Source: Phoronis australis (taxonomy: Eukaryota; Animalia; Phoronida). From it: a stretch of DNA of 64,000 nt. Below the pieces are notes generated by a model that saw only the letters and a list, made by a program, of their open reading frames with translations, was not told the origin of the DNA and ran no database searches. The translations under genes were made by a program, and so were the position numbers. Below, piece by piece: positions 1 through 15,100 of this stretch. The stretch lies in contig NMRA01000033.1 of the NCBI GenBank assembly GCA_002633005.1, positions 808,233 through 872,232 on the forward strand, written 5' to 3'. How positions within the stretch are numbered: the stretch's first letter is position 1; each line of letters opens with the position of its first letter.

Positions 1-150
1 TTTGGTGATGGTGACATCTTCGTTCCCACTTTCTTTGATTGTTATTGAGAACTCGGGTCGCCCATCGTTATCTGTGATGGCACACACGTAGCGACACCTT
101 TTGTTCATATATCTGGTACTCCAATAGAACCGACTGCTTTTGAATCCAAC
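1..150 (-). CDS. KMT2C: KMT2C exon (partial): FYRN end/FYRC start
   Basis: cag|VGFKSSRFYWSTRYMNKRCRYVCAITDNDGRPEFSITIK; runs off window. Confidence 0.9.
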
Positions 151-3100
151 CTGCAAGATTAATTTAAAAACATTCACATCCAGAAACCATTTTTGAAGGT
201 TCTCGTACACTCCCTTGCCTCCATCCCATAGCAAAGATGGTGTTCAGATGAGTAAGATACTTCTTGGTTGTTGGCCAGTTATCGTCGGCCAGTTTTGCCA
301 GAATCTGAACCCAGATCTCTCAAGTGGGAGGCCATATCAAAACATATAGCTCCGCCGACTACTCAAAACCCAAAACGTAATTTAAGATCAATAAAAAACA
401 CTCAACTGAATGCCCAACTCGCGCTAGAATACTGAGCCTGAGACCACACAATTTCATTCTCAATTTGACTTGAATATTATCTCACAACGAATGATATTTG
501 AAAGATTACTCGGCTCACTTGCCAAATCAAGTTTCTAGAATGACCCAGCAGACGTGCTGTCTGATACAGTATACCAGTCTGTGTTTTAGTTATCAGGTAG
601 CATTAGTGAAGTCAAAGTCAATTTTATATCATGACATTCTTCAGGAAAAGTTACTTTGCTTTTGACATGCTCTGTACAATACAGCCATCAAAAAAAATAT
701 TTGGAAAATTTGAACAATCATATACCCAGTCTATGAAAAACAGAAATTAAAATGGCTATTTTAGTAAAATTAATTCTGTTCCAAATCAAAAAGTTTTCAT
801 CGTAAGTCCGCATAATGGTGACATATTCTACAGACAGGTCTGTTTAAATTGAATTCTTCAACAACGACAGCGACAGACCCACAGTCGAAGTCTCACCGGA
901 TAGATACAATCCTTTGTGTGGAACCTGTTAGTCTGTATCTGATGCAGGAGCAGCTGACCCACGTTATAGTAATAGACTGTGCCTATACGCACTGTGCAGT
1001 GATGCTCCTCCTCGTGGATAACACTGAAATCAAATGTACGGAGTCAACCATCTACAATTATGGTGTCTGGAAGCAATTTGCAACAACATTTACACAGGCA
1101 AATCCATTCATCCTTTACCCATCTCACTTCCCAGGGAAAATTTTATAAAGGGAGCTTCATTGTAGACACATCAAGTTACCCTAATCATTCACATGGTTTC
1201 ACTACGACTCTGGCGTTGTTAAAAGTGACAAGACCTAAACTTGCATTTCGCCCTATTTAGCTGGCAAAAATGAAACTCGAATTAGGCCTTTTGCAAAGAC
1301 GCATAAAATCTGTTGTAATAGCCCTTACCATGATAGGATTCTGTTTCTGTTACTTACAAGATTATCAAAAGCACCCGCGACTCAAGAAAATGCTTTTGAA
1401 TTTATTGAGGTTGGCCAACATGGGTTGATTTTCGTTATTAGATAGTTTAACAGGGAAAAATGCAGGCTTCTAATCCACAAAATTATTTTTGAAAATGGAT
1501 AAATCTCACTTTAGTAAAAGTACAAAGGCTCAGCATATTCCCAAAAATGGTAGTTGCTGGGATAATTTCTATAAATTATTTCTGTTCTATGCTGTGATAA
1601 CCATTCACCCTTATTGAGGTGTAGTTTGAGCCAGTATCAGAATTCCACAGTTACCCAATGTGAATCAGTCCCATAATGACCTACATATTCTCAACATAAT
1701 TATGTAAATGAATGTGAATCAGTCCCATAATGACCTACTTGTTCTCAATATAATTATGTAAATGAATGTGAATCAGTCCCATAATGACCTACTTATTCTC
1801 AATATAATTATGTAAATGAATGTGAATCAATCCCATAATGACCTACATATTCTCAATATAATTATGTAAATGAATGTGAATCAGTTCCATAATGACCTAC
1901 ATGAATATTCTCAATAATCTGAAAATGAATGTGAATCATCGCTGAGGCATCCATCACATGGCAATGCAGTGTGAATAATTAGCATATTGACTTATGGGTT
2001 AACCATGTAACTTTGCAATATAAATCATCCCAACTTGATTGAGGGATTCACCATAGTTATGCCACCATGTGAATCAATCCCACATTGACCTCTATATTCA
2101 CTAAATAATTATGCAATGTAAATCATGGCCATGTTGATCTACTTGCCCATCACCCTTAAAACTCCAATCACTACCATGTTGACTTACTTAGTGAAAAGAT
2201 GTGCAGTAACACTCAATGTTGACCCAGTTAACCAACCTCCAATCGTGCCATGTGAATCATAAGATGCCGATCAAGTTACCCAACACACTCAAGCTACCTG
2301 AGCAACAGGTCTGTCCCTCCCACAATCATGGTTTATAGAGTTTATGAACACGGCTCACGGCTTGGATAAACCCAGTTCACCAACTCACAGACAGCTTAAA
2401 CGCCAAACAAGCAAAAAATTACACCAAAACAAATAGCTCCTACATCTCACGCGTTTCACCGACACCCAAACATGGTAGGAGAACGTTGAATCAGTGCAGT
2501 GTTTGTTGTGAGCTCGGGACCAACCTTGTTTGGGTGTGTAATCTGAGTTTGATCAGTCCTACAGTGCGTATGGTTTGCGAGTACAGACATGATTTTTGAG
2601 TCAGAACTCTGTGTTTGTAAGTGAGGTACTATGCTCAAGAGTTCAGTCATGTTGTGCGGATGGCCTCACATTCACAATGTGAATCATTCCCATGTTGACC
2701 TACTTTGCCAACTGTTTATCTTCGTCTCTATTGACGTAGACCTTCCTGAACACAGACAGACATGTGAGCTCCATATCAACAGGTCCACCACCCTTGGGTT
2801 TATGAATGGGACACAAGATGGTCTGTAAACACAACAGGCAATATGACAACTCCAACATCGGCAACCACAGTTAAATCAAATTATTTACAGATAATATAAA
2901 TTAAAAAGTATAGAACAGAACAAAGACAATGCAATAATGTCTCCTAGTTGAGAGGTTTGATACGGATTTGTCATACTTCAGATTGGAGAAATTAGTCGCA
3001 AAAACTTTCAACTGCTATAGAAAGATTTTTTTTAATTCGAACAAAAATAATAGCCAAAACTATTTCCACCATGCCATTTACAAAAGTTTATCAGTGCTAA

Positions 3101-6100
3101 AATGGTCAAGTTTCTTCACAACAGACAATGCCAATGTTACTAATCTGCCTTATTGCATTCCAAACTGATCAAATAAACTTTACCACATAGTGGAAACTCA
3201 GATGAAAAACTTTCCTGTGATTTGCCAATATCTGGCATAAATACCTCACTTAGAGATTGAGCCTATTAGCTTGCACATACAGAACGACTTTCTGGGGGGA
3301 CACACCTTATCCTCAAAGAACATACAGCCCTTCTTCTGTGCACAACCGACATGATAGATATTAGCACAGCGCTGTTTAAAGCAGCTGAGGGTAGCACCAT
3401 AGTAACGACACACGACACACTCCAGCGTTTGACCCCGTCTGTGAGCCTGACCCACGTGCATCAGTGCCCCGCTGACCGTCTCGAACACCTCGTACGACCA
3501 CAGGGCACAGTTCAAGTGGACCCACTTGTCCGAGTCGTAATTGAGAAGCCTGCAAAGAGTCATGAGCACAACATGATATAAAACAAAAAGTCCATTTAAT
3601 TCAGATGACCAGAAAATCACTATTCATTAGGTATAACTACTAAGATGGCATACTTGTTCACAAAAATGCATATGTTCATGCCACGTGGGACAATTCTCCC
3701 ATAAATGCCCCATGTTGGTCAGCTTTCTGTCCTCAATCTCTTCGAATTGTAAAAATAGACTTTTTACATCAGCACCACCTAGTGAATACCAAGACAATTA
3801 TTACACTAATACTATTCCTCCAACGAGTTCCCCACAGTTATTGGAAGCTTCTCTCCATATCATTTCACATGCAGCATTCCTTATCAACTATGGCACTTTA
3901 CACACTGCTTGCAATGTGAGATTAAACAATGCATGCCTGGTAAATACTATACTTACACCTAAACACATGACCGCAATCTCAACTGAACTCCAGAATGGTT
4001 GTTTGCTGAAATCGAAACACTCAGTTCTACATCTTCTACAACTATTGTGACATTGACTGCACATAATATACAGTCAAATCCCAGTCACTAGGTGTCACCA
4101 CTTACCTGGCAGGCCCATCAGTCTCACTGTCCCCCTTGGTGTGACACAGTATACACCTCCTTGTGTCTTCTATTGCAGGCTCTGGACGGATGGTGATACA
4201 CAGCCGGTCCATCAACTGGTGGGCAGTAAACAATCAGTCATGAGAACACAGACATCAGACAGAGGGAGGAAGATGAAACTAAATATTCATGCTTCGAAAA
4301 CAACATCATACAAACTCTAGGTGGAGCCACTTTACGACAATACTAGGCGCTTTGACAGCTTGTCCCAAACTTCCTGCTACAACCTCAACAAACAGTCCAA
4401 GTTGGACTCAAAAGCTTTACTCTTTTTCTAAGCCAGGCCACCAAATAAGTCACCACCATCACATTCATGCTTAGGGTAAAAAACATAATTTCTGTCAGAA
4501 AACAACTTTTGATATAAGCTTCTTATTGCTAAAACTTATCATGTTTTCTTACTCATATTAGGCATGATTTCTAGACTTAAGAAAAGATGACATATCCTTA
4601 TTTCTTGAGACAACACCAATCATGTTGCTTGTCAAGGCAGCTGAGTTTCAATAGTAAATTAAAAGCAATAAGGCTGTTTTGGAATTCTGTGAGATTTATT
4701 GTAAAGAATACAATTTTAAAAGAATCAGAGCATGACATTGTTTTGGAAGAGCAAATATGCCTGAAAGGAACAAAATCATTGTTTTAACAAAAAAACGTAG
4801 TTCATGTCAGGTTTAACATATGTACCTGATTGACTTGCTCTTGAGTCATTGGTTGTATGGTGACTTGAAGAGTGCCAAATGTGATGTCCCACTTGCGCCA
4901 TTTGATGCCTTTCCACTTCTTAGGAGGGGGCTAAAATACATACAAACTTGACTTATCAGTAACACTTCACTGACACTTGAACACAGTAATATACTGTCAG
5001 CTAAAACTACTTCATCTAACTTTAAAGACTTTGACCAGCAAATGGAACATAACAGCTGTCATGTGACATACAGAAAATCACATCGGGTCTCTAGTGACTT
5101 GTGCTTATCCTTTATCCTTGTACCGTGGCAAACACACTTGCTGGAAGAAATGGTTAATGTAGAATAATGACAACTTCCAGTCAGCCCATCAGAGATCTGT
5201 GCACACAGGTAGAAGTGTAATCTTATTGCAATCAAAATCAACTGAACTGGTGAGTGTTACAATCAAACATCAAGAACTGTCATGAGTTTACACAGGCAAT
5301 GGATACACTCAAATTATCTCAAAACACTTCCCCTAGACTGAACATCAGCAGCCTCATCCCAAAACGCCCCAGGGGCCAGGGCTACACTTGCTGGCTGAGC
5401 CCTTGATAGGGTACATAGCAGAGTATATCAATGTGTACAATATTATGCATATGGTTCACTGAATAAGAGATGCGACAATTATCTGAACAAGTGTTTTGAC
5501 AGAAATTTCCAGAACTGGGGATTTCCGGAACAAATAAGATAATTTTTGGCTAATTTCCATCGCATTTCTTTGGGGGAAATATCGTCCCCAGTTCAACCCA
5601 CCTTGCTATCTACGCTACTGCTGCGTCGACGATTTTTATTCTTGTCTTTGGTCTCAGACTTCTTCAACACTGCTACCGGCGCCACCAAGTCCATGGCTTT
5701 ATCGGAATCCTGGTTTTTATGTTCAACCAAATTGCCTCCTTCGCACTGAAATGTTAAATCCCATATAAAACGCCCCTAATGTATGGGATGAGCAAGAGAC
5801 ATGGTCCCACCAATAACTTTTCCAACACTTCAGCAAACTCTTATAAACATTGAATATCATGAGTCACACTGTATTAAGGTTATGTGGGACCCTAGAAAAA
5901 TGTCCAAATTTGACCAACTTTGGAACATCACATCTCAACACTCGCAGGTACCATGCTTTATACACAGTTCTTTTAAACGCTGTTATGAAAGGTCTTTAAA
6001 ATGTGGCACTTTTTGTATGATGGGCTATCAGAATATCGGACACAAATGATTTTCATAAAAAATCTCAGAAGATGCATAAAACGAAAACAAAATAAAGAGC

Positions 6101-9100
6101 TAGAAAACTGTAATAGCATTTTTTAGATTTCATCTTGAACATTTATATTACGCAAAAGTTTGCTAATTACTGATACCATTGTTTTATCTATCAAATTACC
6201 TTCCTTTTTGCTAACTTATTACTAAAAAGAAATAGTCACGTGACGCACTTAATAACTGATTGGTAAAAATTCAAAAATAAACTTTCGTAAAATATTATTT
6301 AACACTATTTTTACTAACTTGAAATGCAAACTTTAACAGGTATTTGGCTGAATACACAGACTTTTTAAAAAAGTCCTCCATAACCTTGGATACTATGAAA
6401 GGATATGTTCAACATTTTCTAAGTGCATCAAACTTAATGTGGAATACTAAAGACAGTTCAAAGCACACCATTCTAGACTGTAAGACAAAGTTACCTTGAC
6501 AGGTTCAGCAACAGAACTGCGCCTGGAGATGGAGAACTGCATGTAACATGTGGTGCTGCAGAAGTATACTTGATCGCCCTCTGCCTCCTGTAACAGGGGG
6601 GTATAACAGGCAGTAGAATGGGAGGGTACTGCTGTAGGGCTGGGACTTATGCGCAGTAAGTCAGGGACACTGAGCAAACAATCTGTCAACTGATATTCGT
6701 ATAACCCAGTTCAAAAATTATGACAGACCATAAAACTGTTTTTCAAAAAAATTCAACCCTTCAAAATTGTATGCTAGGTAATACCTCATAACTCAAAATA
6801 AGACCACCAGATTTTTTAACAGCAAAAGCCAAGAATATCTTAATTTGTCATCACAGTCAGGTAGCCCTGGGGCCAATTTTAATATAAATCAACAATCAAG
6901 CTAACATTGACGGTTGTATCTCAGAAATGTATGGGCAATACAGATTAATGAAACATAGTAATCTATTAGTACTTGAAAACAATATAAACTGGGGTTAAAT
7001 TGCACAACCAAACACCCAACCCTTAATAACTACCTGCTCATCCCGTGTCAAGAATGGCAACTCGGATTTCTTTTTAGTGACTTTACCACTGAGAGGAAGA
7101 TGCACATCACAGTGACGACAAAATTTTGGCTTGGTCTTCATCAATGATTGGATGTGAATGGCTTCCTCTTTGTCTACAACAGAACAATCGTAGGTAGTTA
7201 AGAAACTAAGCATAACTGAGATGGACTTATTACTCCATGATAAGAAGCAACACAGGACTACATGGTACATGCGTGTACTGAGGCCCCCGTGTCCGCATTG
7301 GGGACCCCATGGGTGTATTGAGGTTCCTACGAGTGTATTGCGGCCCCATGCGTGTATCGAGGCCCCATGCAAGCATGTGAAACTGCCAGTGCAATTTACA
7401 CACATGTGTCTGTATGTGACCAATGAGAAACGATTCAAAATGCGAGAGTAGACCGAGTTTATTGATAACTTGTGAAATGGCAGATACATGCACGTTAGCA
7501 ATTGTATTGCATTGAGAATGGCCGAATAGAAATTTTGAGACAATTGCCTGCATCATCACTGAGGAATACCTGTATGCACTTGTGTGCAAACTCTTAATCA
7601 AAAACTTTTTGGGAAAACTGTCTATTTTGAAAATAGGAAAAAGGGGCAAAACGATATTAAGCAAATACAATATTCACATTTTTTAAATTGTATAGAACAA
7701 TGCGTCTTAATGTACTTAACCTTTGAGTCTGGACATCGACAAGCAAGTGCTGCTATTAACAAGCTACAGAGTACTCACGCTTCAAGTCTTGCTTAAAGAG
7801 CTCAGGAGAAGAACTACGGCTGATGTTATACGTGAGAGGTACAGCTATGTTAAGGAGGTCCGCAACAGCCGAGAGAACACCCTTAACATCCTCAGCTGCT
7901 GTGTTGGATAAGGTCAATGTGACGGACACCTAGGGATGACAGGTGACAACATGAAAGTTTTTAACAACAGACAATTTGATAACAATCAGTTATAAACAAA
8001 CTAGCAATCATTAGAGAACAAACAAAAATCTTAAGATAATAAATAAATGCGTTTGTCTCAGTCAAAACAGGAGTTTTGGAAACACATTGTTAATGAAAAA
8101 TCAAGTGAAAACTCAACTGATAAAACGATCACTTAAAATGACACTTATTACTCAATGACCTGTGTCAGTGCAAAAATACCAGATTTTGACTTACACCACA
8201 TGGCATGGCCAAAGTAAGCATTGATGTCTGGGCTTCAAGAAAACCTGTCAATATAACACTGCTGACATCTCAATGCCACCTTACCTGGTTACTGTAATCC
8301 TTCAGAGGCTGTGACAGTGACACTGCTTTTGTCTTGACTGGCTCCTCAGGCAGCAGACCAAAATTTTCTTTATTCTTAAAAAAGTACGAGTCTTCTTCCT
8401 TCTTTCTCTTCCATGAACCGCTGACATCTTGTTCAGGAATCTCCTTCTTGATCTCATGTTTTACTGTTACAGCTAACAGAATAAATAAAATAAAACAATA
8501 AAAAATACAATCTTTACACAGAGTTTTCGTTGGTCAACTGCTTCCCAACTGGAAATAATAACACAATGTTAATTCAATGCATTCCAATTTTTCACACTAT
8601 TGATATCCGTACATATGTGAATCCAAATACATCCGTGTTTTAAGACTGATAGCTAATTCCCTGCCTGCCAACTCTCGAATTTTTCCTTCTCGATAAGATG
8701 AGGGCCACTCTCAATCAGAAAGGAGTACGTTAACAGAAAAACTTGTCGCACATCTTGAGTGCCATAGCTTGTCCCACGACCTCACTACCAAGTGATTTAA
8801 AGGGGCATTATCGGTTTTATGGTCGAAAAACATATTTTTGGAATTATTGCTGGAAAAGACACTCCTTTTAAAGTTATTAGGTTTGACAAGAGATATAAAT
8901 GAACACAATCTGTCACGTTCTTCTGATTTATCACAAATCAACAATTCTCACCATTGTCTGTTGGACATTCGGTGAAATCGAGACCATTTAATACACTTAC
9001 AACACGCTGCCATTAATGAAGTGGGGTTTAACTCCATCAGCAGAGCGTTCGGATGCAACCACGGGAGTTGCAGGTTCCAATCCACACTGAGGCTGACCAA

Positions 9101-12100
9101 ACAAAATCACTTCTCTCACCAGTAACGCCCCCTTACAGAGTTCAACTGCAGATCACCGAGATCATGCTACACTTACGTCGGACTGGGATGGGTGCAACGA
9201 GGGGCACAAAAGGGGACCTACACTCCCTCAGTCTGTCTTCGGGCGATGTCTTCTCGTCTTTAATCACCTGCAGCACAGGGTATAGTGTGTCCGTCTCTCC
9301 CAGCATGCACTCGGGTGACGAGGACGAGACAATGGTATCCGGGGTGTTACTGGACCTAAACAAGATGACCAGATGTTAAACATTAGACCGGTGTTTTGGC
9401 ACTTCCTCAAAATTCATGTAGAATGCTATTACCAAAACTTTCTGTCAAATTGTATTTGTTGCACTGGAAGAAGAGTACAGTTCAGAAAAATCAGTTTGGG
9501 ACACAAACTTTATGTAAGTGATTGACATGATAAAGCAAAGAACCTTAATAAGCGATAGTCTCAACTTTGTCAATACAGGGGTTGTTTGTCTGCGCTAATC
9601 ATTTGGTTATAAGTTAGTATTATTAGTATTAAAAAGCCATATAAAGCATATTTGTGCATTATCACATTATGTTATGTTTTACAACATATTCATACATATA
9701 GCTTGTTCGGTTAAACACAACTTCCAAGGTTAGGTATATGTCACATACAAACAAAACACAAACATTGCACAATTAACTGAAATGTATACCAATACTTTCT
9801 AGCCGCTTTACTGAACCGTTGGCTCAGTCGACACCTGATCCTGAGCAGAGTCGACTTACGACTGAACTCATAAGGTGATCGACAACGACGCCTGCTGTGA
9901 ATTTAAGTACAGATAGTGCAATGAACGCTCAGGTGTTCCATAACAATGACATGCAAACAGGTACAGTTAATGGTTTTCAGAATAAAACGGGAAATGACAA
10001 ATTTGCAACGCACTCACAAAACAGCAGCTAAATATCCATGCCATTATTGGTCAGTGCTAACTGAGGCCAAATTTCTTTGGTCTGTTTATGAGAATTATTT
10101 CAGAAGAAGCAGCTAGTCACAATAAATATGTATGATAAAAACTCGACAGGAGAACTATTTTTTGCAAAATAGTTCTGGCACAAAGCATACCAAGAACTGT
10201 CCAGTTTATTAAAAAACTACTGGTCAAAGTACTGCACAAGAAGCACGGCACTTGGGAAAGCATATAAGAGAATCCCTGAGTACCTTAAAAATAACCAGCT
10301 CCAGTTGTCTTAGGCCAGATTCAGGGAAATAAAGCCTCCCAGAGACAAAATCCCTCTGGTAGCTAATTTCAAAAGCATATTAATAAGATAAACTGACAGT
10401 TGTGTACTTATCCATGTACAGCATAAAGAAACAGAACATACAAGTATGAGACTCATTTAAAAATACTCTGGGTGAATTTTTAATATTGAAGCTCTGTAAA
10501 TACTACAAATAGTGATCAAATACTGTGGAAGGACACAAGAACACTGGGGCTTCAACCTATGTATTCCATAAACCCTGCTGTTGGAGATGAGAGACTGTCC
10601 CTTAACCTATGTTTCTCAAAGTTGAATGGCCAGTGACAAGTATTGATTATCCATCCTACTTAAGCATGCTTGTGAAGCAGTAATCAACTGTAAACTTCTT
10701 TGAGATGACAAGGCCAACCAAGACCTATGTCAAAAAGACTTAATACACAAAACCAAGACAGTGCCTCTTAAAGTGGGCATTGAATCACACATTGTCAAAG
10801 AAACAAACTTTTGAGTTATACCATTTCCCACAAAAGAATTGGACTCAACTTGTTCCTCACTCGGGTGAGAAGTGATTTTGGGCTTGCAACGAAATGACAG
10901 TTTGTTAGCCTTTGAGACTACGCTCGACACGTGAAATGACCTGCCTTGACATGCCAACTTTACATAGCCTGGTCTCAAATAGTAACAAATTGTCAGTTTT
11001 TCTGAAGCCCTGAAATGCCTTTTAATATAACTACCAAATAAAAGTATGTAGTCTAAATCAAAAGTTAGTTGTTTTGATGGAAAATGGGTTTATAGCATAA
11101 AAGCCAATTCTCCAAAGTAAGAGCACAATAGTTTACACCAATATGTTGCCTACTTTGACCTACCGTGTGGGAATGTCTAAGCGTGGTCCAATCAGAGGAG
11201 GGCTTGGCATGGTGAGGGGTCGGCCGAGAGCAGGGAAGGCTGACATGTGCTGACTATCCAGTTCACGGATGATTTCACTGGCCATCACACCAGGCCTCTC
11301 TGTAGTCTGACCTGTGGGTAACAAGAATTAGTAATTTTAAGGAAACAAGGGAACCCGACAGACTTGGAGGATTCATATAAATTACAAATCGAGGTTATTT
11401 TCACATCTTAAAGAAAAAAATACAACTGACAGTACTTGTACTTTCCAAAAAGTAGACAAATTTCTTCTAGTCTAAAACTGACAAAATTTGGAGAACAAAC
11501 TTTCAGCTCTTTTTATATTAAAGACTTTTTTCTGGTATCCTTCTGAAATTTTGCAATAACTTCGAGGAAACCAGACAACAACCATTACTCCACCAAACAT
11601 AACTTCGAGAGTCTACTAAATAATTGACCAATTGTGGTGTGCTACTACTGGACAATTGACGAATCGCCAGGATTTCTGAGTGACAGCTTAATTGACCACT
11701 CAGAAGGCAGCATTCTTAACACACCTTCATTTTCAAGCCGCCATTGTCCTGACAAACAACACATTGCCGGGTAAAACTTTAGTAATGTTATTGTTTGTTT
11801 GTCAACATTTTGCAAGGGTCAATTGAGATTGGACTACTTAAGTTTGGTGACTATCAGTGAAAGCCTGGAGTTCATTCCATCACGTTGTTTGTGACTACTG
11901 CAGATTTTCGTACAACACTGGACCATCACACTGGCAAACATACTTGTGGATGCCTTGTCCTTCTGTCCTGTGCCATCCTGCTGTGGTTGAACAGGTGTCA
12001 CAACAGGTGTCGTGCTTGTCTTCACTGGAGATTGTTGAATGGCCGAGCCCAGGGGGAAGTGAGAATAGTAGTCACGGGTGGAGTCTAACACCGCCTGGCC

Positions 12101-15100
12101 GTAGACACCCCTCAGAGGGGACACACCTGGATTATGAAAAGAACGAATAGAGTGAGAATATAGTGGGCCAAAAAGACATGGTCAGTGTATACCACTGCAG
12201 GGTGCAGGAACCCCTCAGAGGAGACACACCAGGAATGTGTAAATAACGGATAGAGAGGCTATAAATGGGACGCAGTTACAGCTGGTATATCACTGCAGGC
12301 TGCAAGAACCCCTCAGAGGAGACACACCAGGAATATGTAAATAACGGATAGAGAGGCTATAAATGGGACCAGATACAGCTGGTATACACTACTGCATGGA
12401 TGTACTCAAAGATGACATATCTGAAAGACCTATTGCCTTAAACACATTATAATAATATTGAAATTTAGGTTATGGCGTGAACATTAAACTTCATTTTGTT
12501 AACAAATTTTCCTTCTTTGGATTTACAAGCCTATACTCCTAAAACTGTCGGCGTGAACCTGACACAAACCATAAGCTGATTAACAAAAAGTTTAAATATC
12601 TTTCCAGGTAACAAGTCTTGGTCAAATTATAAAACACTAAACTACGAAATGCGAAAACTTCTGGAGACACTTACTGAATGATTTTCCCCAATAGTGTGCT
12701 GAATTGAGATAGAGTGTGTCGCTATTTTCCCTGAGAACCAGTCAGTTTCAATGTGAACAGAAACCGTCTAATTGCCTAGTATAAAGTTGCAATGTACTCT
12801 ATTTTAACTCCTTTAGTAGAACTGGAACCAGTAGGATCTGCAATTTCTGGAGAACGATTCAGTAAAGTTGTTCCTGTAGACCACATTAACATGCTGGCTT
12901 CAGTGATTCATCTTGATAAATGATAACGTCCATGATCCAAAGTCAACCTACCCATTTCCACTGACTGACCCATCACTGTTAGCAGGCTGGATGTGATTAC
13001 TGCCGGCTCCTGTAGAGGCACTGCAGGTAAGGCTTTTAGTTGGGCCAGTATGCCATCCATGACTGATGGCGTCTCCTCGTTGAGCACCGGTGACTTAGGT
13101 TTACGGTTCACCTTCTTTGAGGAGTCGACCTTCTTACGCTTTACCTTGGCCTTCTTAGTTTTGGGCGACACCTCAGTGGTGGCCTCTGGCTGGGCTGGAG
13201 GGTGCAGTGACTCATACCGGAGTTCTTCAATAAACAGAGTGTGTTGAGGGTTAGTGTGGTTTATAGCAGTGTGGTCAATAACCACTGCACGTAAAAAGCA
13301 AGCAGTAAATAACTAATATCAATAATGATTAATTGATGGCTTAAGGAAAAGTGTTTTGAATTCTTGAATAACTTGTATTGTTAAATGAGGCGCACCTGCC
13401 TCCGTAGACATGCAAAAAAGCTATCTGGATGCTGATTGTACATCTGGTAATGGTATGAATTGGGTACAGTGACAAAAAGGACATTATGTGATTTTTAATT
13501 AATGTTATCCTGATTTCACGAAAATGTTTTTGGCTGTGCATGCTGTAACATATCTATTAAATGTGATGCAAACAGTTGTACTCTGCTTTTTAAAAGGCTG
13601 TTCAAAATGCAAAAGGTTTGTTTACATGACGGTCATGCAGTCAATCCAATCAAATCTCCCTCCAAAAATATCCCACAGCGCAAAGGTTATTTCTGTCAAA
13701 CCTGCCTCTCCGCAGACTGATTCAGCTGTTTGAAGTTTTGAGCACATTTCAGTAACCGTTATACAATGTAAGCCAAACTTTGTAGGAACATTTCCATCAG
13801 AACAGAAGACAACTAAGAAACCGCACATGCAAGCCAACAGCCTCTGAGGGTCACTCCAGTCGAACACGAACTCCCGTTGAAGGCCCACAAGTTTGACGAC
13901 CCAATGCGGGATCGCCAGCATTAAAAGCCCCACGAGAACTTCATATTTCTTGAAAATCCTACCCATGTACTGACATTTCATCCCATATTCTGTTATGCAG
14001 ATACTATGAATTTTGCCAGTGGTTGTTAAGAGCCTTGATTAATATCCATGTTTGGTTGAGTTATTTTTGGAATCAAAGTGATCAACACAGATTTAACATA
14101 TTTTTAGATTAAAAAACAACAAAAAAAACTGGCAAGTCCCAGGTATGGTTTTTGAGCATTTCTATCAAAATTTTAATTCCAGCACATGGTCACGTGTCCG
14201 TGAGAATGGCACTTTATAATATTGTGAATGACATGATCAGATTCGCCTCGATTCCTAGTTTCAGAAAAATTAATATAGATTGACAGTTGCTCATTGCTAA
14301 GATATTCCAAGAGGAAGACAAAATTTTAATTAGGGGTACATGTAACCTTAAAGGTAAAACGAGTGAAAAGCAGATTATTGAGAATGTTTGTATCGGAAGT
14401 AAATGTCTAACAGAAGTTGTGAAATTATATCACGTATCATTTCTTAATGATGCTCTACATGAAAGGAAACTCTCAGGATACTATGGGGGCACATCATGTG
14501 GTATCGGTGACTCTTACCGCCACCTGGCTGTAACAGGAGGTACTTTTAGGCATAGGTAAACATGTATGACTTTGTGAATAATATGCACTTTTACAGTGCA
14601 CGTGATTACATGTCAATCGTGTAATTGCCTCCTGATCTCCTAGAGGCCACTAGTGTCCAGTCACACATATCAGACGCCATTAAAAGACTTCATTCTCAAA
14701 CAATCTGACCACAGCGCTGTAATAGCTGAGTAATCCCCCACAATAATTTGTGTACTTGACGAGTCTATAAATGTCTCATACGTTCAGACAAAGCCCCCCT
14801 CTCCAAGCTGCTCTGGGTAATATCACAACCATGTGACCCTGCATCCAAACCCAAGTCTCCTTACCCAGTATACGTTGTCGTTCCTCAGCAGTCTTAGACT
14901 CCCACTCCTCCTGACTGATCTCTCGCTCCATAACAAGAGGCATGCTGTCAATCATTGCCAGCTGACGCTGTTGTTCTGGGGTCAGCACTATCTGATCTTC
15001 CTCCTGCAACAAAAATGATCTCAGGTCAGGTCAGGTCAGGTCAGGTCAACTCAGAGCGATATACAGTGGAGTGTATTTCAACAATCAATGAGAACAAGAA

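Noticed and set aside
265-450. tRNA-like B-box (GGTTCAGATTC on the minus strand)
   Set aside because: No cloverleaf; at most a decayed SINE head.
1657-1940. CRISPR-like regularly spaced repeats
   Set aside because: The spacers are not unique, the context is a eukaryotic intron, and there are no cas genes.
6588-6669. Longer version of exon 6495-6587 using the upstream ctcag acceptor (VPDLLRISPSP…)
   Set aside because: It would need a phase-2 donor, but the preceding exon ends in phase 0.
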